DNA from: Pirellulales bacterium
GTDB taxonomy: Bacteria; Planctomycetota; Planctomycetia; Pirellulales; JBGAPH01
Length of the DNA: 64,000 nucleotides
Direction: 5' to 3'
Assembly: GCA_044221365.1 (NCBI GenBank)
Contig: JBGAPH010000017.1
Span: 31,491 to 95,490, forward strand
Every line of letters starts with the position of its first letter. The first letter of the stretch is position 1. This document shows, one piece after another, positions 20,618 to 30,293 of the stretch. The notes beneath the pieces were generated by a model. It searched no databases and was not told the DNA's origin. It saw nothing but the letters and a program-made list of their open reading frames with translations. The translations under genes were made by a program, and so were the position numbers.

Positions 20618-21973
20618 ATGCCCAACAGCGCATTCGCTCCCCTTGACCGTTTGGACGAAGAAGGTCGCTTTCTCTGTCTGAAGAAAGAGCTGCACGCGCG
20701 GCTCATTTCGCACATGGACCTGAAGGCGATCGCCAAGCTCGACGCCCGCGAGCTGCGCGAGGCGCTGCGGACCGGCATCGAGGAGTTGTGCGTCTACCAG
20801 CGCGAACTGTTGAGCCGCGATGAGCAAGAGCGGCTGATCAACGAAGTGATCGACGAGACGCTCGGCCTCGGCCCCCTCGAGCCGCTGCTCCACGATCCGA
20901 CGATCTCCGACATCCTGATCAACGGCCCCAAGACCGTCTACGTCGAGCGGCGCGGCCGGCTCGAACGCACGAACGTGACCTTTCACGACGAACAGCACTT
21001 GCTCGAAATCGTGCAGCGCATCGCCAGCAGGGTGGGGCGGCGGGTCGACGAATCAAGCCCCATGGTCGACGCCCGCCTGCCCGACGGCAGCCGGGTGAAC
21101 GCGGTGATCAGGCCGCTAGCGCTCGACGGCGCGCTGGTCTCGATTCGACGGTTCTCGGCGCGTCCGCTGGGTGCAGCCGACCTGGTGTCGCGCAATTCGG
21201 CCACGCCCGAGATGGTGCAGTTCTTGGCCGCCTGCGTGCGGTCGCGGCTCAACGTGATGATTTCCGGCGGCACGGGCAGCGGCAAGACGACGCTGCTGAA
21301 CATCCTCTCGAGCTTCATCCCCGAAGACGAACGGATCGCCACGATCGAAGACGCGGCGGAGCTGCAACTGCAGCAGCCGCACGTCGCCCGCATGGAAACG
21401 CGCCCCGCGAATCTCGAAGGCAATGGCGAAGTGACGGCCCGCGATCTCGTGCGCAACGCCTTGCGGATGCGCCCCGACCGCATTCTCGTCGGCGAGTGCC
21501 GCGGGGCCGAGGCCTTCGACATGCTCCAAGCGATGAACACCGGGCACAACGGCAGCCTGACCACGATCCACGCCAATGAAGCGCGCGACGCCGTCGGTCG
21601 CCTGGAAATGCTCGTTGGAATGGCGGGCTACGAACTGCCGCTGTGGTTCATCCAGCGGCAGATCGCCTCGGCGATTCAGATCGTGGTGCAGACTTGTCGC
21701 CTCGCCGGCGGCGTGCGGCGGATCACGCAGATTTCCGAGATCACGGGGCTGCAAGGCGAAGTGATCAGCATGCACGACGTGTTTCGTTTCGAACAGACCG
21801 GGGTCGACGACAAGCTCAACGCAGTGGGCCAATACCACGCCACCGGCGTGCGGCCCCGCTGCCTAGAGCTGTTCCGCACCGCAGGCATTGATCTTGAGCC
21901 CCAGTTGTTCGAGCGCCGCGAACTCACTTGGAACCGGCTGAACAACCAGAACCCGCTGATGGAACGCTCATGA
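20618..21973 (+). CDS. cpaF: CpaF/TadA secretion ATPase (type II/IV secretion NTPase family)
   Basis: Walker [59 protein letters not shown]. Confidence 0.92.
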   Translation: MPNSAFAPLDRLDEEGRFLCLKKELHARLISHMDLKAIAKLDARELREALRTGIEELCVYQRELLSRDEQERLINEVIDETLGLGPLEPLLHDPTISDILINGPKTVYVERRGRLERTNVTFHDEQHLLEIVQRIASRVGRRVDESSPMVDARLPDGSRVNAVIRPLALDGALVSIRRFSARPLGAADLVSRNSATPEMVQFLAACVRSRLNVMISGGTGSGKTTLLNILSSFIPEDERIATIEDAAELQLQQPHVARMETRPANLEGNGEVTARDLVRNALRMRPDRILVGECRGAEAFDMLQAMNTGHNGSLTTIHANEARDAVGRLEMLVGMAGYELPLWFIQRQIASAIQIVVQTCRLAGGVRRITQISEITGLQGEVISMHDVFRFEQTGVDDKLNAVGQYHATGVRPRCLELFRTAGIDLEPQLFERRELTWNRLNNQNPLMERS

Positions 21974-22926
21974 ACCCGCTCTTGGTTTCGTTGTCGACGT
22001 TCGCGGGCGTCACCCTGGCGGTGCTGGGGGGCTGCAGCCTGGTGTTCGACGTGCTGCTGCGCGACCGGGCGCGGATCAACACGCGGTTCCGCGAAGAGTT
22101 CCTGGAAAAGGTGCGGCAGCGCGAGAAGCGCTCGGCGCTGTTCAAGGACCCCGACCGGTTGGCCCGCGAAGTGGCAGGCGGGTCGCCTGGGCTCGACTAC
22201 CGGCTGGAAACGGCGGTCGAGCAGTCGGGGCTGCTCGTCACCTGGCAACAGGTCGGCACGATGGCGATCGGCGCCGGCGTCGCGGCTGCCAGCGTTGTGG
22301 CCGTGATCACTCGGAACTGGCCAATGGCGATTCTGGCTGGCGTCGCGGGACTCATTTCGCCGCCGGGATATGTAGCCCATAAGCGACGGCAGCGGCTCAG
22401 CCGGTTGCGCGCCCAACTTCCCGAGGCCTTCGAGCTGATGAGTCGCAGCGTGCAATCGGGGCAAACGATTCCTGCGGCATTTCAGACGATCGCCGACGAC
22501 TTCGACGCGCCGCTCGCCGAGGAGTTTGCCCGCTGCCACGAACAGCAGAACCTCGGGCTCCCCTACGAAGTGGCTTTGCGCGAGTTGGCCCGCCGGACGG
22601 GGGTGGTCGAGCTGCAAATGTTCGTCGTCGCCCTGCTCGTGCAGCGCAAGTGCGGCGGCAGCCCCGTGGAGCTGCTGGGCAACCTGGCCACCGTGATGCG
22701 CAAACGCTTGAGCCTGCGCGGCAAGGTGCGGGCTCTAACCGGCGAGGGGCGCATGCAGGCGTTCGTGCTGCTGCTCTTGCCGGTTGGCATGTTCGCCGCC
22801 ATCTGGTTCATCGACCCCACATATGCCGGCGTGCTCTGGGACCGCCCGAAGCTGTTGTTCGGCGCGCTGGCGGCCGAAATGGTGGGGGCGGTGTGGATCC
22901 GGCGGATCGTCAATTTCGACTTTTGA
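21970..22926 (+). CDS. tadB: TadB-like pilus platform membrane protein (T2SS F family)
   Basis: The ATG overlaps the cpaF stop (ATGA). [37 protein letters not shown]...ALRELARR, with C-terminal TM helices. Confidence 0.8.
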   Translation: MNPLLVSLSTFAGVTLAVLGGCSLVFDVLLRDRARINTRFREEFLEKVRQREKRSALFKDPDRLAREVAGGSPGLDYRLETAVEQSGLLVTWQQVGTMAIGAGVAAASVVAVITRNWPMAILAGVAGLISPPGYVAHKRRQRLSRLRAQLPEAFELMSRSVQSGQTIPAAFQTIADDFDAPLAEEFARCHEQQNLGLPYEVALRELARRTGVVELQMFVVALLVQRKCGGSPVELLGNLATVMRKRLSLRGKVRALTGEGRMQAFVLLLLPVGMFAAIWFIDPTYAGVLWDRPKLLFGALAAEMVGAVWIRRIVNFDF

Positions 22927-22936
22927 GGCAGTGGTC

Positions 22937-23884
22937 ATGACTTGGGACACGATCATCATCCAGGCGTTCGCCTTTGCGGCGGTGTTCAGCCTCGTGTGGT
23001 TCGTCGCGCTGCAACTGCGCCCCGATACGCAGGCGGTCGACGATCGCTTGAGTGAACTGGCCAAGACCGGCAGCGTGAAGGCCGACTTCGGGCCTCCCGC
23101 CGCGGGTTCGCGCTGGGCCCACGTAAGCACGCGGCTGTTGCCCGACAGCCAAGCCGAACGCACGGCATTGCAAGCGCGGCTCAACCAGGCGGGCATCTAT
23201 TCCTCCCTGGGGCTCACCGTCTACCTCGTGGTCAAGCTCGCGCTGATGATCACGCCGATGCTCGTCGCCGTATCGCTGGCCGCGGCCGGCGTGGCCAGCC
23301 TGAATCTTTGCACTTCGCTCGGCGCCCTAGCCGGCGCGGTGGGCATGGTGCTGCCGGCATTGTGGCTCGACCGGCGGCGCGAGCGGTGGAGGAACACCCT
23401 CCGCCGCTCGCTGCCCGACTATCTCGACCTGATCACGGCCTGTGTCGAGAGCGGCCTGAGTTTTGAGGGCTCGATGCAGAAGGCGACGGACGAACTGCAC
23501 ACGGCGCATCCCGCGCTTGCGCGGGAGCTGGTGCTCGTGCAGCGCGAGATCGAACTCGGAGCGCCGCCGGAGAAGGCGCTGCGCGGCTTTGCCGAACGCA
23601 CGGGGCTCGAGGGGCTTCGCTCACTGGCGACCGTGGTCCAGCAGTCGCGGCGGTACGGCACCGGCATCGCCGAGGCTTTGCGCGTCCATTCCGACATGCT
23701 CCGCATGCACCGCGAGCAGCGGGCCGAGGAGCTGGCGCAGAAAGCCGCCGTAAAGATCCTCTTTCCCACCTTAGTTTGCATCTTTCCCGCGATTTTTATC
23801 GTGCTGGCTGGTCCGGCAGCGATTCAAATTCAAGAGCGCTTTGCCGACATGCGAGTCTCGTCCGATGTAGAGGCCAAGCGATGA
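22937..23884 (+). CDS. tadC: TadC-like pilus platform membrane protein (T2SS F family)
   Basis: LPDYLDLITACVESGLSFEGSMQKATDEL..ELVLVQREIELGAPPEKALRGFAER. ATG at 22937. Confidence 0.8.
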   Translation: MTWDTIIIQAFAFAAVFSLVWFVALQLRPDTQAVDDRLSELAKTGSVKADFGPPAAGSRWAHVSTRLLPDSQAERTALQARLNQAGIYSSLGLTVYLVVKLALMITPMLVAVSLAAAGVASLNLCTSLGALAGAVGMVLPALWLDRRRERWRNTLRRSLPDYLDLITACVESGLSFEGSMQKATDELHTAHPALARELVLVQREIELGAPPEKALRGFAERTGLEGLRSLATVVQQSRRYGTGIAEALRVHSDMLRMHREQRAEELAQKAAVKILFPTLVCIFPAIFIVLAGPAAIQIQERFADMRVSSDVEAKR

Positions 23885-24309
23885 TCAGCACGCGGAGTCG
23901 CACGACTCGAACAAACGGCGCGGCGGCCCTGGAAATGACGTTCGTTTTGCCCGTGCTGCTCACGGTGGCGCTGGCCTGCGTAGATCTGGGCCGTTATGCC
24001 CATGCTTCACTCGCGCTCTCGAACGCCGTGCGCATCGGCGCGGAATGGGGCGCCGGACGCACCGTTACGAGCTTCACTCAGCCCGATTGGGAGGAGCAGA
24101 TCGTGGAACTGGTTCAGACGGAGATGGCCCAACTCAACGGCGTCGACCTTTCGAAGCTGGTCGTGCAGGTCGCGTCGATCGACGAAGGCAACAAGCTTCA
24201 TCGCACCGAGGTGCAGGGGAGCTACCCGTTCACCACGATCGTCAATTGGCCGGCCTTCCCGCACCAGATCAACATGGAGCGCCGGCATGCGATGCACCAA
24301 ATGCGCTAG
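23881..24309 (+). CDS. TadE-like pseudopilin/minor pilin
   Basis: The ATG overlaps the tadC stop (ATGA). TadE N-terminal motif GAAALEMTFVLPVLLTVALACVDLG. Confidence 0.7.
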   Translation: MISTRSRTTRTNGAAALEMTFVLPVLLTVALACVDLGRYAHASLALSNAVRIGAEWGAGRTVTSFTQPDWEEQIVELVQTEMAQLNGVDLSKLVVQVASIDEGNKLHRTEVQGSYPFTTIVNWPAFPHQINMERRHAMHQMR

Positions 24310-24751
24310 TCGCCAGTCGGTTCGGCGCGGCGCCGCGCTCGTCGAAGGGGCGATCGTGCTGGGCATTTACCTGTTTCTCCTGGCAGGCATGCTCGACATG
24401 GGGCTGGCCGTGTTGCACTACAACACCGCTTCCGAGGCGGCGCGACGTTTGGCCCGCAGCGCCGTGGTGCGCGGCGAAGAAGCTGCGCCCGAAATGGGCG
24501 CCTGGGGAACCGGCAACTACGTGGGCCGCGCCGACGACGGTTCGCCCCAGGCGTTGGCTGTGCAGCCGATCCTGGGACCGGTGCGCCCCGACCGCGTGGC
24601 GCTGCAGCTCGAGTGGCCCGACGCCGGCAACGCGCTCGAGGACCGGGTGCGGGCCACCGTGACGATTACGTACCGTCCGGCGCTCACGCTCGTGTTCGGC
24701 GGAACGCCGTTCACGTTGACGGCCCGCTCGACGATGAACATTGCGCACTAG
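24287..24751 (+). CDS. TadE-like pseudopilin/minor pilin (second)
   Basis: RRGAALVEGAIVLGIYLFLLAGMLDMGLAV. Overlaps the previous gene by 23 nt. Confidence 0.65.
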   Translation: MRCTKCASRQSVRRGAALVEGAIVLGIYLFLLAGMLDMGLAVLHYNTASEAARRLARSAVVRGEEAAPEMGAWGTGNYVGRADDGSPQALAVQPILGPVRPDRVALQLEWPDAGNALEDRVRATVTITYRPALTLVFGGTPFTLTARSTMNIAH

Positions 24752-24760
24752 AACCCGCCC

Positions 24761-26266
24761 ATGAAGACGCAACCCCACTTGAGACGCTGTTGCCCGCTCG
24801 CCCGCGGACGCGCGCGTTCCGGCAAGATCTTAGCGCTGTTTGCCCTCTCTTTGCCGGCGACGTTGGTCTTTGCCGGGCTCGTACTGGACGGCGGCAGCCT
24901 GCTCACTCAGGCCCGCTCGTCGCAGCATGCCGCCGACGCTGCGGCCACCGCGGCCGCCATGCTGCGGTTTCAAGGTAAGACCGTGGCCGAAGCCACCGCC
25001 ATCGCCGAACGCTACGTGCACCAGCACAACGGCCTGCCGCAGGCCGTTGTCACGTTGTACACCCCTCCCACCAAGGGCCCCTATGCGGGGCAGTCAAAGT
25101 TCGTCGAAGTGGTTGTCGATCAGCCGGTCGAAACTCATCTAGTTCACTTGTTCGGAGGCAATAAGGTTCAGCATGTCTATGCCCGGGCCGTGGCGGGTTA
25201 CGAAGACTCGACCGCCCCCTCGGCGCTCGTGGTGCTCGATCCTTCGCCGGCGCCGATCACGGTGCCGCCGATCCCCGTGTTGCTGCCGCCGGCGCCGGTG
25301 CTGCTAGGAGGGATCGAGGTGTTGGGCTTGGGCGCCCTCAAGGTCGATGGCGCCGTGCTTGTCAACAACGAATGGGGACACAAGGACGAAAACGGGCGTC
25401 GCGCCGGCACGATTGCCGGCCCCCCCTACGGGCTCTCCTGCACGCCGCTCGTGAATCTGACGAAGCTCCGCGCCCGCGACATCCGCGTCGTGGGGGGCGT
25501 TGACAACCCAAAGAACTACGGAAACTTCACCTCCGGTAAGAGCAGCCCGCTGCGGGCCAATCGACGCCCCGTGCCTGACCCCTACGAGGATCTGCCGGCG
25601 CCGACATTTTCTTCTGGCGGCGCGAACGTCAGCGGCAGCTACTACGGCGGCAAAACGATCGTCGGAGTTCCCCTGATCACGCCCCCCACGGTGCTGCACC
25701 CTGGCGTGTACGACTACATCACCATCGTTTCGGGAAGCGTCATCTTCCAGCCCGGCATCTATATCATTCGCAGCAAGCACCCGGTTACGCAGATGTCGTT
25801 GAGCCTGGTGGTGGGCCAGGTGACCGCCGAAGGGGTGATGTTCTATATCACCGACAGCGCGGGCTATTCGCCTGGCTCGGGTCTGCCCGACGGAAACGAC
25901 GGCGAAACCGAGCCGGCGACGCCCGGCGTCCTCGATTTGGTTCCGAGCACGGTGCTCAACGTGGGGCTGCTGGGCAGCCGCTTCTCGCCGCTCGACGCAC
26001 CCGGCAGTCCGTTTCACGGCATGTTGCTCTACCAGCGGCGGGCCGATCGGCGGCCGATCGTGATCGTGCAGGAGAATCTCCTTCCCGGCACGCTCTTCAA
26101 AGGGCGGGTCTACGCCAAGTGGGGACATGTGATTCTCGCGGGTTTGGGCGGAACTTACGACGCCAGCTTCGTATGCGGCTCGTTCCGCAGCCTGGTCGTC
26201 ACGGACTGCACACTGGCCCCCAGCAATCCGCTGCCCCCTGCGCAGGATGTGTTCCTCGTAGAATAG
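24761..26266 (+). CDS. TadG-like protein (Tad N-terminal pilin-like segment + large beta-rich C-terminal region)
   Basis: SGKILALFALSLPATLVFAGLVLDGGSLLTQARSSQHAADAAATAAA. I recognise no vWA motif in the C-terminal part. Confidence 0.7.
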   Translation: MKTQPHLRRCCPLARGRARSGKILALFALSLPATLVFAGLVLDGGSLLTQARSSQHAADAAATAAAMLRFQGKTVAEATAIAERYVHQHNGLPQAVVTLYTPPTKGPYAGQSKFVEVVVDQPVETHLVHLFGGNKVQHVYARAVAGYEDSTAPSALVVLDPSPAPITVPPIPVLLPPAPVLLGGIEVLGLGALKVDGAVLVNNEWGHKDENGRRAGTIAGPPYGLSCTPLVNLTKLRARDIRVVGGVDNPKNYGNFTSGKSSPLRANRRPVPDPYEDLPAPTFSSGGANVSGSYYGGKTIVGVPLITPPTVLHPGVYDYITIVSGSVIFQPGIYIIRSKHPVTQMSLSLVVGQVTAEGVMFYITDSAGYSPGSGLPDGNDGETEPATPGVLDLVPSTVLNVGLLGSRFSPLDAPGSPFHGMLLYQRRADRRPIVIVQENLLPGTLFKGRVYAKWGHVILAGLGGTYDASFVCGSFRSLVVTDCTLAPSNPLPPAQDVFLVE

Positions 26267-26429
26267 CAAGCTCACTGGCGAGTGATTCTGGCTTGCTTCT
26301 CCCCGAGTATGCCGCAGGAAACAAAGCCGCTCGCCTAAACGCAGCCCGGCACGCAGTTGCGCGGAGCGCCAGTCGTGTGCTCTCCTGAGTGTGGGTACCT
26401 TCCGCGCCGCCGGCTGCTAAAATGGCGTC

Positions 26430-26636
26430 ATGATCCCGCGCATTGGCTATGGTGGACGACTGACAGTCAGGCTGCCTAGCGACCCGCGCATCCAACTTGC
26501 GCATGAGGCCGAAGGCATGGTTTGGTTGGGTGTGTTCGACGACGGGCGAGCTACTCCCCTGGCAGAGGTTGTTGTGCCGTTTGCCGAGTTGGCTAAGGCC
26601 ATTGAGGTCCTAAGCGGCAGGTCTCCTCTTCCATAA
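26430..26636 (+). CDS. Small hypothetical protein in a lower-GC spacer
   Basis: 68-aa ORF with an ATG start and visibly more A/T-ending codons than its neighbours. No recognisable motif. Confidence 0.3.
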   Translation: MIPRIGYGGRLTVRLPSDPRIQLAHEAEGMVWLGVFDDGRATPLAEVVVPFAELAKAIEVLSGRSPLP

Positions 26637-26863
26637 TTGACCCATCCTGCACGCGACCGACAATTCGTTAGGGCGGCGAGCGGGTAGCGAGGACGACTTT
26701 TGCCGATTACACCGCGCCGTGATGTGCGGCTTCGCACAATTAAACCAAATCCTAATGGATGTACTTGCACGCATCGGGGTTTGGCCTAGGGTTTTACCGT
26801 GAGGGGGCAGCCCCCCCGGCGGACCGGTGTGGCCCGAACAAGCGCGACACCCTTGGGCAGCTC

Positions 26864-26902
26864 AGAAAGGCCGGCGTATCCAGGTGGTTCGCCGGCCTTT
26901 CT
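26864..26902. terminator. Strong hairpin in the spacer between the tad operon and gene 27033..27989
   Basis: A 13-bp stem, AGAAAGGCCGGCG / CGCCGGCCTTTCT. There is no clear U tract on either strand. Confidence 0.4.
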
Positions 26903-27032
26903 CTTGCGCTTGCCTCTGCCAGAGAGTGGCCTAAGTTCAAAATAAAGCCGGGTCTAGCTGCCCCCTGGCTGGAACTGAGGCCGTCTGGCGCACGCTCGCC
27001 ACAGGTGCGCCGGACGGCCTTAACAGCGTCTG

Positions 27033-27989
27033 CTAGTTCTTGTCTGAGTTAGGCGCCCCGCCGGCGGCTTCGCCTGCGGTGACGACGCCGGTCTTCGAAC
27101 GCTGTTCGGCCTCCGCGCGGATCTTACGCTGCGCCTCCTTCAGCCGCTCCGGCCAGGCGAACTTGGGCGCGGTGCCTGGGTCATAGCCCGCCAAGTGTCC
27201 CTCGAGCCGCGTGGTGGGCTTGGTGTAGACGAGCTTCGTTTCCCCGAAGACCTCGCGGCACAGATCGGCCAGGCCCGGGTCGTACTCGATCAGTTCCGCC
27301 CGCGTGTCGACGTGGTTGTGGTCGTGGTCAGGCGGGCGGTTGTTGTCGAACCAGGACTGCACACCTTCGGCAAAGTACTCGTGGTGGTTGACCGAGGCGT
27401 ACTTTCCCTTCCATAAGCCGGCCTGCATGGCCGCTTCGTAGGCCGCCTTGAGCCGGCCGTCGAACGTCGGGTCGACGCGCACCATGCCGCGCAGGTGGAT
27501 GTTATGGGCGAATTCGTGGATCAGAATGTTTTCGGCGGCATAGGGATCCCCCTCGTAGGCGAGCAAGTTCTCTTCTGCACAACTGCACACGGGATCGGTC
27601 TCCGAGCCGCCCAACCCTCGGGCCCGGGCATCCCAGTAATCCTTGGGCTTCAGCCAGGCGTGCTCGGGCATGTCGGTCGTGTATTCGTTGCAGCCGATGA
27701 TGAGCAGCCGCGAGCCGCTCGACGCCATGGCCCGCTTGACGTCGGGGCGATGGGCCAGCAGCAGCTTGACCAGGTAGGCCGCTTCACGGAGCGCGTAGTC
27801 ATTGACGCGCGCCGAAGCCACGATCGGATAGCCGTCGGCGTCGATGTACTTCTGATAGAAGTCGGGGGCCTTGAGCTCAGCCGGGGGCGGCGTGATTGGC
27901 GCGAGTGAGGCCCCGTTCTCGCCGTGCGCCCTTGCGGCGCCCAACACGGCCAGGCAGAGAGCCCAGGGATAGATCTGCACTCGGGTCAT
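27033..27989 (-). CDS. Secreted HEXXH protein (putative zinc metallopeptidase-like)
   Basis: ATG at 27989 gives the signal peptide MTRVQIYPWALCLAVLGAARA. Motif ENILIHEFAHNIHLRG plus a downstream HHEYFAEG. The track start at 28013 is a GTG. Confidence 0.7.
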   Translation of the reverse strand: MTRVQIYPWALCLAVLGAARAHGENGASLAPITPPPAELKAPDFYQKYIDADGYPIVASARVNDYALREAAYLVKLLLAHRPDVKRAMASSGSRLLIIGCNEYTTDMPEHAWLKPKDYWDARARGLGGSETDPVCSCAEENLLAYEGDPYAAENILIHEFAHNIHLRGMVRVDPTFDGRLKAAYEAAMQAGLWKGKYASVNHHEYFAEGVQSWFDNNRPPDHDHNHVDTRAELIEYDPGLADLCREVFGETKLVYTKPTTRLEGHLAGYDPGTAPKFAWPERLKEAQRKIRAEAEQRSKTGVVTAGEAAGGAPNSDKN

Positions 27990-28256
27990 GTCGCCAGCCC
28001 TTTTGTTCGCCACGTGCGCGGAGGGATTCGCTGCGTAGCGGCCATTCTAGCTCCCTTCGCAGCCCCGAACAAAAGCCCTGGCGCGTAGCCATTCGACTAG
28101 GGAAGCGAGCTTAGCCGCATCCGGCTTTGCGAGGGATGCCGCGGCGCGGTAAAGTAGCGGGCGTCGGCAGTTGGGGCAGATGCGCTCGCCCCGGCTGCCG
28201 CCTGTGTTGACCGCTTCACCGCTCGTTCCCGGCCACCTGCGCGGAGCCCCTTAGGC

Positions 28257-28619
28257 ATGCCGATCGTCAAGTTCGTGAAGGAGAAGAAGGAGATCGAGGT
28301 CCCCACCGGCGCCAACCTCCGCAAGGAAGCGCTGCGGGCGGGGATTGCGCTCTATCCGGGCGTTCACAAGGTCTTCAACTGCCACGGCCTGTCGAACTGC
28401 GGCTCGTGCCGGGTCAACATCACCCAGGGCATCGAGAACGCGGGAGACGCCTGGTCGGCCCCTTGGAACAAGCTCGAGAAGATCCGCCTCGGCATGTCGC
28501 TCGCGTACATCGGCAACGAGGCCACGATGCGACTGGCCTGCCAGGTGAGCGTCGACGGCGACATGTCGGTGGAAACGCAGCCGCCGATGAACCTTTACGG
28601 CGAAAACTTCTTCAGCTAG
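28257..28619 (+). CDS. (2Fe-2S)-binding ferredoxin-like protein
   Basis: Cys pattern NCHGLSNCGSC ... LACQ (C-x5-C-x2-C ... C) in a roughly 120-aa beta-grasp-sized protein. Confidence 0.72.
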   Translation: MPIVKFVKEKKEIEVPTGANLRKEALRAGIALYPGVHKVFNCHGLSNCGSCRVNITQGIENAGDAWSAPWNKLEKIRLGMSLAYIGNEATMRLACQVSVDGDMSVETQPPMNLYGENFFS

Positions 28620-28656
28620 CCGGCCGCTGGGTCCCCGCGTCGTTCGCAGTCGCTCC

Positions 28657-28977
28657 ATGAAGCAGGTCATCGCCATCGTCAAGCCGTTCCTCGTCGAGAA
28701 GGTGCTCGAGGGGCTCAAGCGGGCGCCGCTCGAAGCCTGCACGGTCCGCGAGGTGAAGGGCTTCGGGCGGCAGAAAAGCTATCTCGACCAATACGCCGAC
28801 ACCGAGTATTCGCTGGCGTTCCTCCCCAAGGTGGAGATCAGCCTCTGGGTCGACGACTCGCGCGTCGAAGAGATCGTGCGGCGGATCGTGCAAGCGGCCC
28901 GCACCGGGCGGATGGGGGATGGCAAAGTGTTCGTCGTGCCGACCGCGACGCCGGCCCAGGTGATCGACATTGGATAG
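28657..28977 (+). CDS. P-II family signal-transduction protein (GlnB/GlnK-like)
   Basis: MKQVIAIVKPF, T-loop GFGRQKSYLDQYADTEY, B-loop TGRMGDGKVFVVP. Confidence 0.85.
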   Translation: MKQVIAIVKPFLVEKVLEGLKRAPLEACTVREVKGFGRQKSYLDQYADTEYSLAFLPKVEISLWVDDSRVEEIVRRIVQAARTGRMGDGKVFVVPTATPAQVIDIG

Positions 28978-30293
28978 TGCGTGAATTGGCGCGCACGCGG
29001 AACGGTACCATGCCCTTTGCCTTCCCCAGCAGCGAAATCGCCCTCTGGACGATGGCCATTGGCGTGGCGGCCAATCTTTCGTCGGCCTTGGTGGGTTGCT
29101 TCCTCGTGCTGCGACGGATGAGCTTGCTGGGCGACGCCATTAGCCACGCGGTGTTGCCGGGGATCGTCGCCGGCTTTTTGCTGACCGGCGTTCTCGGCGG
29201 CTGGCCGGCGCTCCTGGGGGCCCTGGTCTTCGGCGTGCTCACCTCGCTGCTCACGCAAACTCTGCACGAGTTGGGCCGCGTGCCGGAAGACGCCAGCATG
29301 GGCGTGGTGTTCACGTCGCTGTTTGCGCTCGGCGTCGTGTTGATCACGCGGTTTGCCGCGCACGTCGACCTCGACCCCGGCTGCGTGCTCTATGGGCTGC
29401 TCGAGTTCGCCCCGCTCGACACGGTGCGGCTGGCCGGCGTAGACGTTCCCCGCGCGCTGCTCACGCTGGGACCGGTGCTGCTGCTCACGGTCGGCTTCGT
29501 GGCCGTGCTCTGGAAGGAACTCAAGATCGCCTCGTTCGATCCGGGCCTGGCCACGGCGATGGGTTTTTCTGCCCGGCTGATCCACTATCTGCTGATGTGC
29601 CTGGTGGCGCTCGTGGTGGTGGCGTCGTTCGAGGCGGTGGGCTCGATCCTCGTGGTGGCGATGCTGATCGTGCCGGGGGCGACCGCGCGCCTGCTGACCG
29701 ACCGGCTGGGTTGGCTGCTGGTTTGGGCCGCCGTGGTGGCCGTGGTGTCGGCGATCGGCGGCTACCTCGCGGCGGTAGCGCTCAATACGTCGGCCGCCGG
29801 CATGATGGCCGTGGTGGCCGGGGCACAGTTCACCTTGGCAGTCTTTGTGGCTCCGCGCCATGGCTTAATCGCCCGGGCGCTGCGCCAGTTGAACCTTTCC
29901 ATGCGGATCGCCGGCGAAGACATCGTGGCGCAGCTTTACCGGCAAGAGGAAGCTGCGGCCGAGGGCCTGGCCCCCGCGCCGCTCTCGCCATCAGACCGGA
30001 ATGCCCTCGTCACTTGGCTCGCGACCCGTTGGCTGAATTCGAAGGGGCTCGTAACGCCGGGGCGCGGGCGGGGGGCAACCCTTACGGAAGCGGGGCGCGA
30101 GCAAGCCCGCTCGGTGGTGCGGGCCCATCGGTTATGGGAATCCTACTTGGGGCAGCACTTCGATCTGCCGCTCGACCATTTGCACGCCCCCGCCGAGCGC
30201 ATCGAGCACTTCTTGGGGCCCATGCTGCAGGCCGAACTGGCCGCCGAGCTGGAAGGCCCGGGCCGCGACCCGCACGGCAAAGAGATCCCGTAG
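28977..30293 (+). CDS. ABC-3 family metal (Mn/Zn/Fe) transporter permease fused to a C-terminal DtxR/MntR-like metalloregulator domain (YtgC-YtgR-like)
   Basis: The N-terminal roughly 290 aa are multi-TM with LGDAISHAVLPGIVAGFLL. The C-terminus has ..LTEAGREQARSVVRAHRLWESYLGQHFDLPLDHLHAPAERIEHFL...GRDPHGKEIP. The GTG at 28977 overlaps the P-II stop by 1 nt; an alternative ATG is at 29010. Confidence 0.85.
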   Translation: MRELARTRNGTMPFAFPSSEIALWTMAIGVAANLSSALVGCFLVLRRMSLLGDAISHAVLPGIVAGFLLTGVLGGWPALLGALVFGVLTSLLTQTLHELGRVPEDASMGVVFTSLFALGVVLITRFAAHVDLDPGCVLYGLLEFAPLDTVRLAGVDVPRALLTLGPVLLLTVGFVAVLWKELKIASFDPGLATAMGFSARLIHYLLMCLVALVVVASFEAVGSILVVAMLIVPGATARLLTDRLGWLLVWAAVVAVVSAIGGYLAAVALNTSAAGMMAVVAGAQFTLAVFVAPRHGLIARALRQLNLSMRIAGEDIVAQLYRQEEAAAEGLAPAPLSPSDRNALVTWLATRWLNSKGLVTPGRGRGATLTEAGREQARSVVRAHRLWESYLGQHFDLPLDHLHAPAERIEHFLGPMLQAELAAELEGPGRDPHGKEIP

